39,970 bases of DNA from Chthoniobacteraceae bacterium. Its GTDB lineage: Bacteria > Verrucomicrobiota > Verrucomicrobiia > Chthoniobacterales > Chthoniobacteraceae. The stretch is from contig JANNWY010000180.1 in assembly GCA_031409335.1 (NCBI GenBank), positions 1 through 39,970 on the forward strand, written 5' to 3'. The position numbers were made by a program, and so were the translations under genes. Within the stretch, counting starts at the first letter, position 1. Each line of letters starts with the position of its first letter. The notes beneath the pieces are model-generated. The model was not told the origin of the DNA and searched no databases. It saw only the letters and a list, made by a program, of their open reading frames with translations. Positions 14,901 through 29,297 of this stretch are shown in pieces.

Positions 14901-14931
14901 GAATCTAAACGAGTTCGCGTTTGTGGACTGA
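11923..14931 (+). CDS. Cytochrome c + DUF1549 + discoidin(F5/8)-like + DUF1553 protein (start may be 11932 or 11935)
   Basis: CVKCHG, YGERWARHWLD, CAQCHDHKFDP, KWVQVDLG, FPVRFKVEAS, HPELLDWLA, TPLQAL, LNLNEFAFVD. Confidence 0.92.
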   Translation: MVEMMRASLLFFAAATSVAVAEVSKLPAPSQRTVDFGKDVQPIFEAKCVKCHGIEKQKSEYRLDVKSVALTGGENHAPNIVPGKSADSRLVHFIAGLDPDMKMPPKDGALTAEEIGLVRRWIDDGAKWPESASAKVVDKKDWWSLKPMVPTGKRKAESGNLIDAFISEKLSEKGLAMSSEADARTLCRRLYFDLTGLPPSPEEMDTFVADKTPGAYERLADKLLASPRYGERWARHWLDVVHFGETHGYDKDQPRLNAWPYRDYVIHALNADKPYARFVQEQLAGDELFPGTRDGITALGFIAAGPWDLIGHAEVPEEKIDGKIARHLDRDDMVANTINTFCALTVHCAQCHDHKFDPISAEDYYSLQSVFAALDRADRAYDDEAPVAVKRAALNARKQTVSARAAELRKLAVDKAGDALAALEKKIAELKNPAGDLRAQYGWHSAISQKQDDAKWVQVDLGKATALSQILLHSCSDDFNGIGDGFGFPVRFKVEASDDADFARGVMVLADETAKDFANPKIHAVRYGAGGSARHVRLTATRLAPRKDDFIFALAELEVMDATGRNLAAKAAVTSIDSIEAPARWARVNLTDGWYAGADPAKAAVAGSDTTKLEQARRLILESALSENEIAELDAAEMELLEIHNQLGALPKPHLVYAGTIHTGGGAFAGTGAKGGKPRPITILARGDVTRPGRDVFPGAISGIAALPARFDIPKEAAEGECRAALAKWITDPKNPLTWRTIVNRAWQYHFGRGLVETPNDFGRMGELPSHPELLDWLAVTFRDDMAGSMKKLHRLIVTSAAYRQSSGTINEKAVACDSGNALLWRQNRRKLEAEAIRDSVLVVAGKLDLTMGGPSFQDFVITHPEHSPHYEYPLADPENPALHRRAVYRFLVRSQQQPWMAALDCADPSMLVERRNQTITPLQALAQLNNQIIVAMAKHFAARVDNAGTDVPTKIREAMRLAVQRPPTPDELTALTTYANEHGLTNACRLILNLNEFAFVD
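12375..12401 (+). repeat. Heptamer tandem repeat (CGGAAAG)n, in frame
   Basis: cggaaag cggaaag ccgaaag cggaaa; encodes GKRKAESGN. Confidence 0.75.
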
Positions 14932-14939
14932 CCTGCACG

Positions 14940-16427
14940 ATGAACCACTCGCCTTTTCACCAAACCTGGCCTGGCGCAGCGGTGACGCGCCGCGATTTCT
15001 TCTGGCAAAGCGGCGGTGGGCTCGGCGGCATCGCGCTCGCCGCGATGCTCGGTGAAGGAAACCTTCTCGCGCACACCACGACCGGTGTGCTGCATCATCC
15101 GGCGAAGGCAAAACGCGTGGTGCAACTTTTCATGGCCGGGGCGGCGAGCCATCTCGATCTTTTTGACTACAAACCCGAACTCGTGAAGCGGCACGGGCAG
15201 CCGAGCGATTTCGGCGAGCATGTGGAGGCGTTTCAAAATGGGCTCGGGCCGTGGCTCAAACCGGTGTGGGATTTTCAACCGCATGGGCAATCGGGAAAGA
15301 TGCTCGGCGAAGTCGTGTCGGATTTGGGCGCGGTGGTAGATGAGATCGCGTGGGTTCACAATCTGGTCGGGAAAACCGGAGTGCATTCGCAGGGAACGCT
15401 GTTGCAGACGACGGGTTTCAACCGGCCTGGATTTCCGGGAATGGGTTGCTGGGTAAGCTATGGGCTGGGTTCGATGAATGACAATCTGCCGACCTTCGTG
15501 GTGCTGCCGGATCATCGCGGGCTGGCATCGAATGGGACGAAAAATTGGGATGCCGCATTTCTGCCGGCGCAGCATCAGGGCACGATGATTTATCCGGGTA
15601 CGGAAACTCCGATCACCGATCTTTTCCCGGACAAACGCGGCGATTTCATCACGCCCGCAAGCGAACGCGTGGGCGGGGAAGTGCTCGCGCGTTTGAACCA
15701 GGCGCACGCTGCCACGCGCGCCGGTGATGCGCGGCTCGATGCGCGCATCCGCAGCTACGAACTCGCGGCGAAAATGCAGCTCGCGGCGCCGGAGGCACTC
15801 GATATTTCCCGCGAATCTCCGGCGACGCTGGCGATGTATGGCATCCGCAATGACGTGAAGGAGTGGCCAAAGGAAATCAATGCGGCGGAAGAGATGGATG
15901 TCTTCGGGCGCAAGTGTCTCGCCGCGCGGCGGCTGCTCGAACGTGGCGTGCGTTTCGTGCAAGTGTGGAGCGGGAATGACAACGGCTTCCCGCGGCGCAA
16001 TTGGGATTCGCACGAAGACATCGAGCGCGATCACGGCCCGCTGGCGCGTGGTTTCGCGCGCGGCGCATCAGCTTTCGTCCGCGATCTGAAACAGCGCGGG
16101 ATGCTCGACGATACGATCGTGCTGTGGACGACGGAGTTTGGGAGAATGCCATCCGGCCAGGGCGGAAAAGGGCGCGATCACAATCCGTATGTCTTCACGA
16201 ACTGGCTGTGCGGCGGTGGCATCAAAGGCGGTGTCATCGCGGGTGAGAGCGATCAGTGGGGCTACAAGCCGATGGACCGCGGCGCACCGACCGAAGTGTA
16301 CGACATCCACGCGACCATCCTGCATTTACTAGGCATCGATCACACCCAGCTCGCCTTCCGCAACAATGGCATCGACCGCCGCCTCACAGACGTGCATGGG
16401 CATGTCATCGCAGACCTGCTCGCGTGA
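14940..16427 (+). CDS. DUF1501 domain protein with Tat-like leader
   Basis: ATG 14940; TRRDFF leader; KAKRVVQLFMAGAASHLDLFDYKP, ARRLLERGVRFVQ, TEFGRMP, GRDHNP, DIHATILHLLG, RLTDVHG. Confidence 0.92.
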   Translation: MNHSPFHQTWPGAAVTRRDFFWQSGGGLGGIALAAMLGEGNLLAHTTTGVLHHPAKAKRVVQLFMAGAASHLDLFDYKPELVKRHGQPSDFGEHVEAFQNGLGPWLKPVWDFQPHGQSGKMLGEVVSDLGAVVDEIAWVHNLVGKTGVHSQGTLLQTTGFNRPGFPGMGCWVSYGLGSMNDNLPTFVVLPDHRGLASNGTKNWDAAFLPAQHQGTMIYPGTETPITDLFPDKRGDFITPASERVGGEVLARLNQAHAATRAGDARLDARIRSYELAAKMQLAAPEALDISRESPATLAMYGIRNDVKEWPKEINAAEEMDVFGRKCLAARRLLERGVRFVQVWSGNDNGFPRRNWDSHEDIERDHGPLARGFARGASAFVRDLKQRGMLDDTIVLWTTEFGRMPSGQGGKGRDHNPYVFTNWLCGGGIKGGVIAGESDQWGYKPMDRGAPTEVYDIHATILHLLGIDHTQLAFRNNGIDRRLTDVHGHVIADLLA

Positions 16428-16516
16428 TGAAATGTCGGCGAGTTTGTTCAACCCAACTTCGGTGATGGGAACCGCGGAGGACGCCACGGGGCAGGGCACC
16501 CACTCCCGCGGCAAAA

Positions 16517-16927
16517 CTACGAACGCCGGCGACGCTTGACGTGAAGCTGCGCGAGGGACTTGGCGAGTGCGGCCTGCACGGCGGCGGCTTCCTCGGAACC
16601 CAGGTCTTTTCGCGCCATCGCTTCACGGGCGCGTTGCACGGCGGCCTCGGCGGCGCCTTCGTCGATGTGCTCGGACTCGAGCGCCATGTCGGTCATCACT
16701 TTCACCGAAGTCTGATCGACCGATACGAAGCCTTCGCCAACGGCGAGGTATTGTTTGGCACCACTTTTGGAAACCACCAACTCGCCCGGCTTTATCTGCG
16801 TGAGCACGGGAATGTGCATGGGCAGCACACCCATTTCACCCTCGACAGCGGGAAGCACGACGCTATCCACGTCGTCGCTGTAGGCGACTTTCTCGGGAGT
16901 GACGATTTCGAGTTTGAGGGTAGCCAT
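16517..16927 (-). CDS. atpC: ATP synthase F1 subunit epsilon
   Basis: LEIVTPE, GEMGVLPMH, C-terminal helices; last gene of the atp operon. Confidence 0.96.
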   Translation of the reverse strand: MATLKLEIVTPEKVAYSDDVDSVVLPAVEGEMGVLPMHIPVLTQIKPGELVVSKSGAKQYLAVGEGFVSVDQTSVKVMTDMALESEHIDEGAAEAAVQRAREAMARKDLGSEEAAAVQAALAKSLAQLHVKRRRRS

Positions 16928-16935
16928 TGGGGAAG

Positions 16936-17030
16936 GTTGAGAGTTTTAAGTTGAGAGTTGAGAGCCGCGTTTACTTACTGGGTGTCAGGAATTGAAAGGC
17001 GGCTCACAACTCTCAACTACCAACCCTCAA

Positions 17031-17031
<1 letters not shown>
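16936..17031. repeat. Intergenic inverted heptamer-repeat element (GTTGAGA/TCTCAAC) between atpD and atpC
   Basis: Arms 16936-16968 and 16999-17031, 28/33 complementary. Confidence 0.85.
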
Positions 17032-19362
<2,331 letters not shown>

Positions 19363-19370
19363 GTCAGGAG

Positions 19371-19398
19371 GTTGAGTGTCGAGAGTTGAGTGTTGAGT
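19371..19398. repeat. Heptamer tandem repeat (GTTGAGW)x4 between atpA and atpG
   Basis: gttgagt gtcgaga gttgagt gttgagt. Confidence 0.8.
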
Positions 19399-19411
19399 AG
19401 CGCACTAACTC

Positions 19412-20938
<1,527 letters not shown>

Positions 20939-20976
20939 CGGAAAGTGGAGAGTTGGGTGTTGAAAAGGGTGAGCGG

Positions 20977-21378
20977 CTAGACGGTGGCGAGATTGGATTC
21001 GAGGCGGGATAGGTGCCCGCGGACGCTGCTATCCCACACATCGCTGGCGATTTTCACGCGGACGCCGCCGATGAGTTCGGGCGAGATTTTGAATTCGGTG
21101 GTGAGGTCCTGCCCATACTTGCTGCGAAGCGTGCCGAGCAATTGCTGGCGCATATCGCCGGCCAGGTCGGTGGCGCTTTCGATGACGGCGTGGCGCTTGG
21201 CGACTTCGACCCGGATGAGCCGCTGATAGTTCTTCAAAATGTCGGTGTATTTGCGGGGCTTCTTGTCGATGACGGTCTGCGCGATGGTGCGCACCTTGGC
21301 CTCATCGAGCTTTCCTTCGGTGAAACTGCCAAGGAAGAGTTTCTTCGAGAGCTTGCGGGCTTCCTTGCTGATTTTCAT
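20977..21378 (-). CDS. atpH: ATP synthase subunit delta (short form, 133 aa)
   Basis: [24 protein letters not shown]/delta motif; lies between atpF and atpA. Confidence 0.92.
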   Translation of the reverse strand: MKISKEARKLSKKLFLGSFTEGKLDEAKVRTIAQTVIDKKPRKYTDILKNYQRLIRVEVAKRHAVIESATDLAGDMRQQLLGTLRSKYGQDLTTEFKISPELIGGVRVKIASDVWDSSVRGHLSRLESNLATV

Positions 21379-21398
21379 CGGGAGTCAGAGGGGAAAAA

Positions 21399-21953
21399 TC
21401 AGGCGGCGAGTTCGCGCGAGGCTTCTTCGGACAGACGGCGCTGATCGTCGGCGGTGAGAACCTTGCCGGTGACCTTCGCGGTGGTGTCGATCACGAGCCG
21501 GGAGACTTCACGCTTGAGATCAGAAAAAGCCTTTTCACGCTCGATCACCGTAGCTTCACGAGCCTTCGCGATGATCTGCTCGGCGGTCGCGATGGCTGCC
21601 TGCGATTCACGCTCACCAATGGCTTTCGCGGCAGCACGAGCCTCGTCTATCATCTTCTGCGCTTCAGCGTTCGCCTTGCCGATCACGTCCGCGGAAGTCT
21701 TCTGCGCATCGGCGAGCTGGAGCTTGATCTTCGCGGCATTTTCCAAGCCCTCGGCGATCTTCGTCCGGCGTTCTTCGAGGACTTTCAGGATCGGCTTGTA
21801 GGCAAACTTTTGCAGCAGCAACGCGACGATCGTGAAGCTGATGACCTGCGAGAGAAAATACCACCAGCTCACGCCGAAAGTTTCGGCGATCTCCTTGATC
21901 GGGTTGCCTTCCTTGGTAACCTCGGCGGCGGCGAGAGTGATGAACGAAATCAT
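21399..21953 (-). CDS. atpF: ATP synthase F0 subunit b
   Basis: TM helix followed by KFAYKPILKVLEERRTKI and a coiled coil. Confidence 0.96.
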   Translation of the reverse strand: MISFITLAAAEVTKEGNPIKEIAETFGVSWWYFLSQVISFTIVALLLQKFAYKPILKVLEERRTKIAEGLENAAKIKLQLADAQKTSADVIGKANAEAQKMIDEARAAAKAIGERESQAAIATAEQIIAKAREATVIEREKAFSDLKREVSRLVIDTTAKVTGKVLTADDQRRLSEEASRELAA

Positions 21954-21979
21954 ATTTTGAGAATGAAAGGGAAGGAATA

Positions 21980-22012
21980 GGCGCGGGGTTTCGCGAACGA
22001 AAACCCCGCGCC
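21980..22012 (-). terminator. Strong hairpin just after atpE (partial terminator or mRNA-stabilising stem)
   Basis: 12-bp perfect stem ggcgcggggttt / aaaccccgcgcc followed on the - strand by a pyrimidine-rich tract. Confidence 0.6.
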
Positions 22013-22019
22013 CGCGAAC

Positions 22020-22235
22020 TTATTTCACCAGGTAGATGGCGAAGAACACGATGCCTTCTGCGAAGGCGGTGCTCAGGATCGCCTGCACGAGGATCGGGGT
22101 CGCCGCGCCGGGATTGCGCCCGACTGCCGACGACGCGCCCATACCGATCAGACCCACGCCGAGTGCTGCGCCGAGCGCTGCAAGACCGACGTGAATGCTG
22201 CCGGACATTTCGGCGAGGATGGTTGCGATGTTCAT
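22020..22235 (-). CDS. atpE: ATP synthase F0 subunit c (probably H+-coupled)
   Basis: GRNPGA loop and conserved Glu in FAEGI; lacks the Q...ES/T Na+-binding signature. Confidence 0.96.
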   Translation of the reverse strand: MNIATILAEMSGSIHVGLAALGAALGVGLIGMGASSAVGRNPGAATPILVQAILSTAFAEGIVFFAIYLVK

Positions 22236-22316
22236 TTGGTTTCCTTTTGTTTTTTGTTTCTCCGCCGGCCCCCACTGACACGCATGGTCAGACCGTCGAA
22301 ATTGATTCGTTAGAAA

Positions 22317-23312
22317 TTAGTGATGCGCCTCGTCGTGATCGTTGGCGTGCCCGCACATGAGCAGGGTGAAAACGGCGGTGAGCAGCATGAAGACCAGCGC
22401 CTGCACGATACCGACGAGCAGCTCCAAGAAATAGAACGGAATCGGAATCAGCCACGCAAGGGCCGGGACGATATGCGACATGGATTCGAGGACGTTTTCG
22501 CCCGCGAAAATATTGCCGAAAAGGCGGAAGCTGAGCGAAACCGGGCGGAACAGAATCGAAATAACTTCCAGCAGACCCACCATAACGAAGATGCCCGCCA
22601 TCGCGATTTTCAGCAGGCCGGACATTTCCTTCCGCGCCGGGTTTCCAAAGATGTGAACGATCGAGCCGCCGATGCCATTGGACTGAAGCGCCCACCAAAT
22701 CCAGCAGACGAAAAAGATGATCGCCATCGCCAGCGTCATGTTTAGGTCGGCATTCACCCCGCGGAAGAGCGGGCGGCTGATGTGATCCATCTTGCCAAGT
22801 GCGTCCGGATGCCCCCACCCAATCGTGCCGACCCCGGGAATCAGGCTGCACCAGTTCGTGAACAGGATGAAAATGAACACCGTGGCGAAGAACCAAAACG
22901 TTTTCTTCACCAAAACCTTGCCGACGATGCTTTCGAGAAAGTTGTAAAGCCCCTCGACCAAGAACTCCCAAAAGTTCTGCGCGCCCTCCGGCACGTCCTT
23001 GATTTTCCGGGTGGCGACTTGCGCGAAAACAATGATCCCCAGCGCAACGATCCACGTCACGATCATCGAATTCGTCGGCGAAATCCCCGACTGCTCATTC
23101 ATCGGCAGCGCCCGAAGCGGAATCCCCTCCGCCGCGTGCTCGGCGTGCGCGTGATCCGCAGCGCCGCTCGAAATGCTCTCCACGGCGGGCGCGACTTCGT
23201 CCGCCGCAAAAACGTTCCCGCCGACAAATCCGAACATCGCGATGGCGAGAATCAGCGACCGCAAAATGCGGCTGGCAAAGGAATATCGGGCGATGAAGAG
23301 ACTGGTGCTCAT
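22317..23312 (-). CDS. atpB: ATP synthase F0 subunit a with long N-terminal extension
   Basis: RPVSLSFRLFGNIFAGE, ELLVGIVQALVFMLLT. Confidence 0.97.
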   Translation of the reverse strand: MSTSLFIARYSFASRILRSLILAIAMFGFVGGNVFAADEVAPAVESISSGAADHAHAEHAAEGIPLRALPMNEQSGISPTNSMIVTWIVALGIIVFAQVATRKIKDVPEGAQNFWEFLVEGLYNFLESIVGKVLVKKTFWFFATVFIFILFTNWCSLIPGVGTIGWGHPDALGKMDHISRPLFRGVNADLNMTLAMAIIFFVCWIWWALQSNGIGGSIVHIFGNPARKEMSGLLKIAMAGIFVMVGLLEVISILFRPVSLSFRLFGNIFAGENVLESMSHIVPALAWLIPIPFYFLELLVGIVQALVFMLLTAVFTLLMCGHANDHDEAHH

Positions 23313-23448
23313 GGTGATGCAAGGCCACCGGAGAGGCTCGGACTCGGCGCAGGGGCGGCCAAAAACTACCCGGCTCGCAAGCCAGAAAGTCCCGAGATTT
23401 CGTCGGTGAGGCGCGGATTGAACATCCCGTGGAAAGACATGGCAAGCA

Positions 23449-23470
23449 GTTTGTGAAATTTTTCACAAAC
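23449..23470. promoter_or_regulatory. Perfect Rex-type (also CRP-type) operator upstream of the atp operon
   Basis: gtttgtgaaa-tt-tttcacaaac; contains TTGTGAA-N4-TTCACAA and TGTGA-N6-TCACA. Confidence 0.7.
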
Positions 23471-23578
23471 TTTTCCGGAAAGTGTCCGCGGACAAACCAA
23501 GCATCTCGTTTTGCCCCGTTCAGCGCGTTGCCGCGCAAGCGTTCAGCAACGGTGCCTGCGGACCAATGAACCCGAACG

Positions 23579-23750
23579 CGGCGATGGAGATTGCCGCGGA
23601 GGACACGGAGGACACTGAAAACGCGGATGAGGAAGAGGTGGCGTTCCTTGTCGCCAGGCGGGCGTCGTTCACCGATTGGGTGAGCGGCTCCAGCTTCGTA
23701 AATCTCCGCGTTCTCCGTGTGTTCCGCGTCGTCCGCGGCTTCCATCGCCG
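23579..23750. repeat. Intergenic inverted nonamer-repeat element
   Basis: Outer cggcgatgga/tccatcgccg (10/10); inner arms 23593-23627 and 23705-23739 (29/35) with 9-nt period (CRCGGAGRA-like). Confidence 0.8.
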
Positions 23751-23772
23751 AAGCTGGGTCGAATGCCGCGCA

Positions 23773-25173
23773 TTACCCTTCCGCCAATTCCTCCGCGGGG
23801 TATGTCCAGATTTCGCTCAGGGTTGGGTGATAGTGCGGCGTCGTGGCGAGCTGGCCGGCGGTGGCTCCGAAGCGCATCGCGACGACGATTTCGTGGATCA
23901 ATTCGGACGCTTCGGGGCCGACGCACGCGCCGCCGAGGATGCGGCGGGTGGTGCGGTCGGCGATGAGTTTTACAAAACCATCCGTCGCGCCGCGGACGAT
24001 GGCTTTTCCGTGATCGGAAAAAAGATACGTGGCGGCGATGTGGTCGATGCCTTGCTCGGCGCATTCGCGCTCCGTGAGCCCGACGGCAGCGACTTCGGGG
24101 TGGGTGAAGACGGCGAAAAGCTTGAGCGCGTAATCCATGCGCTCGAGTTCACCGGCGAGTTTTCCGAGGATTCGCGCGGCGTTGCGCGCGGCGAGTTCGC
24201 CCTGCTGGATGGCGATGTGGACGACCTCGTACGGACCGCAGACGTCGCCTGCCGCGAAGAGATGCGGCGCGCCGCATTGCTGTGTCGTCTCCGCGATGAT
24301 CGCGCGATTGGTTTTAACTCCGGCGCGATCCAGCGCGAGTCCGGCAATGGCGGGCTCGCGGCCCAATGCGTAGATGATTTGCGCGGCGGCGACGGTGCGC
24401 GGTTCGCCGTGGTGCTCGAAGTGGATGGTTTTGCCCGCGTCGTCTTTGGTGACGCGCTGCAATTTGGTGTCGCGGAAAATTTTGATGCCGCGTTTTTCCA
24501 GCGCATCGGAAGTGGCGTTCGCGATGTCCGCATCCATTTCTTTGAGCACTTGCGCGCTGCGCTGAATGACGCTCGTGGGAACGCCAAGGCCAGCGTAGTA
24601 GCTCGCGAGTTCCAGCGCGATCGCGCCGCCGCCGAGGATGCAGACGGATTCGGGAATCGTGTCCGCATCAAGCACGTCGTCGCTCGTCCAGAAGCCCGCG
24701 TCGTCGAGCCCTTCCACCTTTGGCCCGCCGATTCGCGAGCCTGTCGCGATGAGGAATGCGCGAGCGGTCACGCGCTGGAGTCCACCGGCGTAAAGACGAA
24801 TGTCGATCGTGTGCGGATCGGCGAACTCCGCATTGCCACGTGCAAAATCGAAGCGTCCGCTCGCAATCTGCCCGCGCCGGTAGTCCGCGAACTCGCCGAT
24901 GAGCCGCCGTTTTCGCGCGAGGATCACCGCGGCGTTTGGCCCAATGTATTCCGCGTGCAGTCCGAACTCCGCCGCCTCGCGAATCGCCGCCGCGCGGTGC
25001 CCCGTTTCCAGCAGCGTCTTGCTCGGCATGCAGCCGCGCAGGATGCACAGCCCGCCGATCTCGCGCCCGCCTTCGACGAGTAGCGTCGTCAGTCCGAGCT
25101 TGGCCGCGGTCGAAGCGCTGGCGTATCCCGCGCTTCCGCCGCCGATGACGATGAAGTCGTAGGAGTCATTCAT
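23773..25173 (-). CDS. Class I pyridine nucleotide-disulfide oxidoreductase (dihydrolipoamide dehydrogenase-like)
   Basis: GGGSAG FAD motif, GGLCILRGCMPSK redox disulfide, GGGAIALE, HYHPTLSE. Confidence 0.9.
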   Translation of the reverse strand: MNDSYDFIVIGGGSAGYASASTAAKLGLTTLLVEGGREIGGLCILRGCMPSKTLLETGHRAAAIREAAEFGLHAEYIGPNAAVILARKRRLIGEFADYRRGQIASGRFDFARGNAEFADPHTIDIRLYAGGLQRVTARAFLIATGSRIGGPKVEGLDDAGFWTSDDVLDADTIPESVCILGGGAIALELASYYAGLGVPTSVIQRSAQVLKEMDADIANATSDALEKRGIKIFRDTKLQRVTKDDAGKTIHFEHHGEPRTVAAAQIIYALGREPAIAGLALDRAGVKTNRAIIAETTQQCGAPHLFAAGDVCGPYEVVHIAIQQGELAARNAARILGKLAGELERMDYALKLFAVFTHPEVAAVGLTERECAEQGIDHIAATYLFSDHGKAIVRGATDGFVKLIADRTTRRILGGACVGPEASELIHEIVVAMRFGATAGQLATTPHYHPTLSEIWTYPAEELAEG

Positions 25174-25236
25174 GGCGGAAGATTATCGGACAGCGGCTAA
25201 ACTCGATCGCCACGACTGAAGCGAGAGCATTTCCCG

Positions 25237-27810
<2,574 letters not shown>

Positions 27811-27839
27811 GGGAAAGGTGGGTTGGGAAAACTAACGGG

Positions 27840-28100
27840 TTATTGGTAAGCATCGCGCCGATGGCGGATTGCGGTGATGTCCACGACGCGCGTGCGGTCA
27901 TCGATCGAATAAATCACGCGGTAATCACCGACGCGCATCCGCCACAGATCGCTGGAGCCTTGCAGCTTCAGACAGCCAGAAGGTCGTGGCTGGCTGGCAA
28001 GTTTTTCGATCTTTGGGAAAATGCGTTGCACGGTTTGGGCGTCGAGTCGTTCGAGGTCTTTGCGGGCCGAACGGGCAAACGTGATGGAATACTCAGCCAT
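27840..28100 (-). CDS. RelE/StbE-type type II toxin
   Basis: SARKDLERLD, KLQG, WRMRVGDYRVIYSIDD, IRHRRDAY; 86 aa. Confidence 0.9.
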   Translation of the reverse strand: MAEYSITFARSARKDLERLDAQTVQRIFPKIEKLASQPRPSGCLKLQGSSDLWRMRVGDYRVIYSIDDRTRVVDITAIRHRRDAYQ

Positions 28101-28284
28101 TCAGTTTGCCGGCCTTGAGGAGTTTGCTGCGCACGGCGGCGAGCGATTCGCGTGGCTCGTTTGCGCGGCGTTTGGCGAGCAGGGTGTCGTAAAAGTCCTC
28201 CCATACTGCCTTGTTGCGCTTGAGGTCGATCACGACCGCGGTTTTGTGACCGGTTTCATCGATGAGGAATTGGACTCCAGACAT
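28093..28284 (-). CDS. Putative antitoxin of the RelE-type toxin
   Basis: 63 aa; overlaps the toxin start by 8 nt; QFLIDETGHKTAVVIDL...WEDFYD pattern. Confidence 0.8.
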   Translation of the reverse strand: MSGVQFLIDETGHKTAVVIDLKRNKAVWEDFYDTLLAKRRANEPRESLAAVRSKLLKAGKLNG

Positions 28285-28347
28285 TTGGTATGTGGTTAAA
28301 CGTTTTTGATTGATCCGAGAATTTGCGTGCGTTTTTCGATGGTGACC

Positions 28348-28716
28348 TCAATCCCGCGAGTCGCGATCTTCGCGGATGATCTCGTCGGCCGTTGCCTCCC
28401 CGGCCCACGGTGGCATGGATTTTAGATGTTCACTCGTTCCAGAAAAAGGCTCTCGCGGAGCTTTCAGCAGTTGCTGCAATCGCGCACGCTCTTGAATCTC
28501 GGCGGTAAGTTCCGCGATACGCTCGCGGGCGAATTGGACCTCGCTGCCGAGTTGATCGGGCATGAGTTCGGCGACGGTGCCTTCGCGGTCGATGACGACG
28601 GGCAGACCTTCGCGGCGGCTGTCTTCGACGACTTCGAGGAAGGCTTGGTGCAGGCCGCGTTCGGTCAGCAATTCCATCGGGATGCCGTGCGCGGGTGGAA
28701 AGGTTTCCGGGTTCAT
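28348..28716 (-). CDS. Small partner protein of the zeta-like kinase/ATPase (putative antitoxin)
   Basis: ATGA overlap with the upstream gene; RREGLPVVIDREG motif; C-terminal ADEIIREDRDSR. Confidence 0.7.
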   Translation of the reverse strand: MNPETFPPAHGIPMELLTERGLHQAFLEVVEDSRREGLPVVIDREGTVAELMPDQLGSEVQFARERIAELTAEIQERARLQQLLKAPREPFSGTSEHLKSMPPWAGEATADEIIREDRDSRD

Positions 28717-29291
28717 AGCGACAGGTTAAAGTCGGCGACGGCCTTCGCAAAGGCGGGTTTGTCTTCGATGGTCAACGCGTTGGCAGAGCCGTGCGCGATG
28801 AGGCGCGGACGTCCAACACTCGCGGCGTGCAAGCGCCAGTAATCGAGGACGGGGCGGTAGATCGTGAAAAGATTCCGCAGGCTGACTGCGAAGCGGCGGC
28901 GCAAGTCGGCGTCAGGGACGTTGTGTCCGCCGGAGAGGACGCGACGCGCGACGCGGCGTTGGGAATGTTCGAGAGTCGGCAGCATTAGAAAATCGAGTTG
29001 AATCGAATAACCGGCGCCGCGGGCATCGGCGAAAAGCCGCCGATACGTCCTTCCACTAAGCGTCGTCTCCAGCACGAAATCGCGCCCATCCGCGACGAAC
29101 TTTCGGAAGCGCATAAGCACCAGTCGCCCGGCTTCGAGCAGCGCCCGATCGGGCGCGAATGGCGAAAGCCCCCGCGCAATTTCATCGGCATTGATGAAGT
29201 CGAGCAACGCGAGTTCGCGCGGTGCAAAACGCTTGATGAAGGTCGTCTTCCCCGCGCCGTTTGGGCCTGCGATGATGTAGAGCGATGGCAT
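28713..29291 (-). CDS. Zeta-toxin-like P-loop protein (COG4185-like)
   Basis: IIAGPNGAGKTT, FINADEIARGLSP, ETTLSG, RVARRVLSGGHNVP. Confidence 0.88.
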   Translation of the reverse strand: MPSLYIIAGPNGAGKTTFIKRFAPRELALLDFINADEIARGLSPFAPDRALLEAGRLVLMRFRKFVADGRDFVLETTLSGRTYRRLFADARGAGYSIQLDFLMLPTLEHSQRRVARRVLSGGHNVPDADLRRRFAVSLRNLFTIYRPVLDYWRLHAASVGRPRLIAHGSANALTIEDKPAFAKAVADFNLSL

Positions 29292-29297
29292 GATCGG

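Noticed and set aside
14370..14939. N-terminal extension of ORF 14370..16427
   Set aside because: Overlaps the DUF1553 gene; the Tat-like leader starts at ATG 14940
16428..16516. Structured RNA or terminator between DUF1501 and atpC
   Set aside because: Only a short ccgcgg-based stem; too weak to call in GC-rich DNA
22020..22235. Na+-translocating or N-type ATPase
   Set aside because: Subunit c lacks the Na+ signature and the gene order is the standard BEFHAGDC
23773..25173. Mercuric reductase (merA)
   Set aside because: No C-terminal Cys-Cys pair, no N-terminal metal-binding domain and no mer genes; HPTLSE fits the Lpd-like group
27840..28100. ParE gyrase poison next to its target
   Set aside because: Motifs (R.RVGDYRVIY, HRRDAY) fit RelE/StbE ribosome-dependent RNases better than ParE
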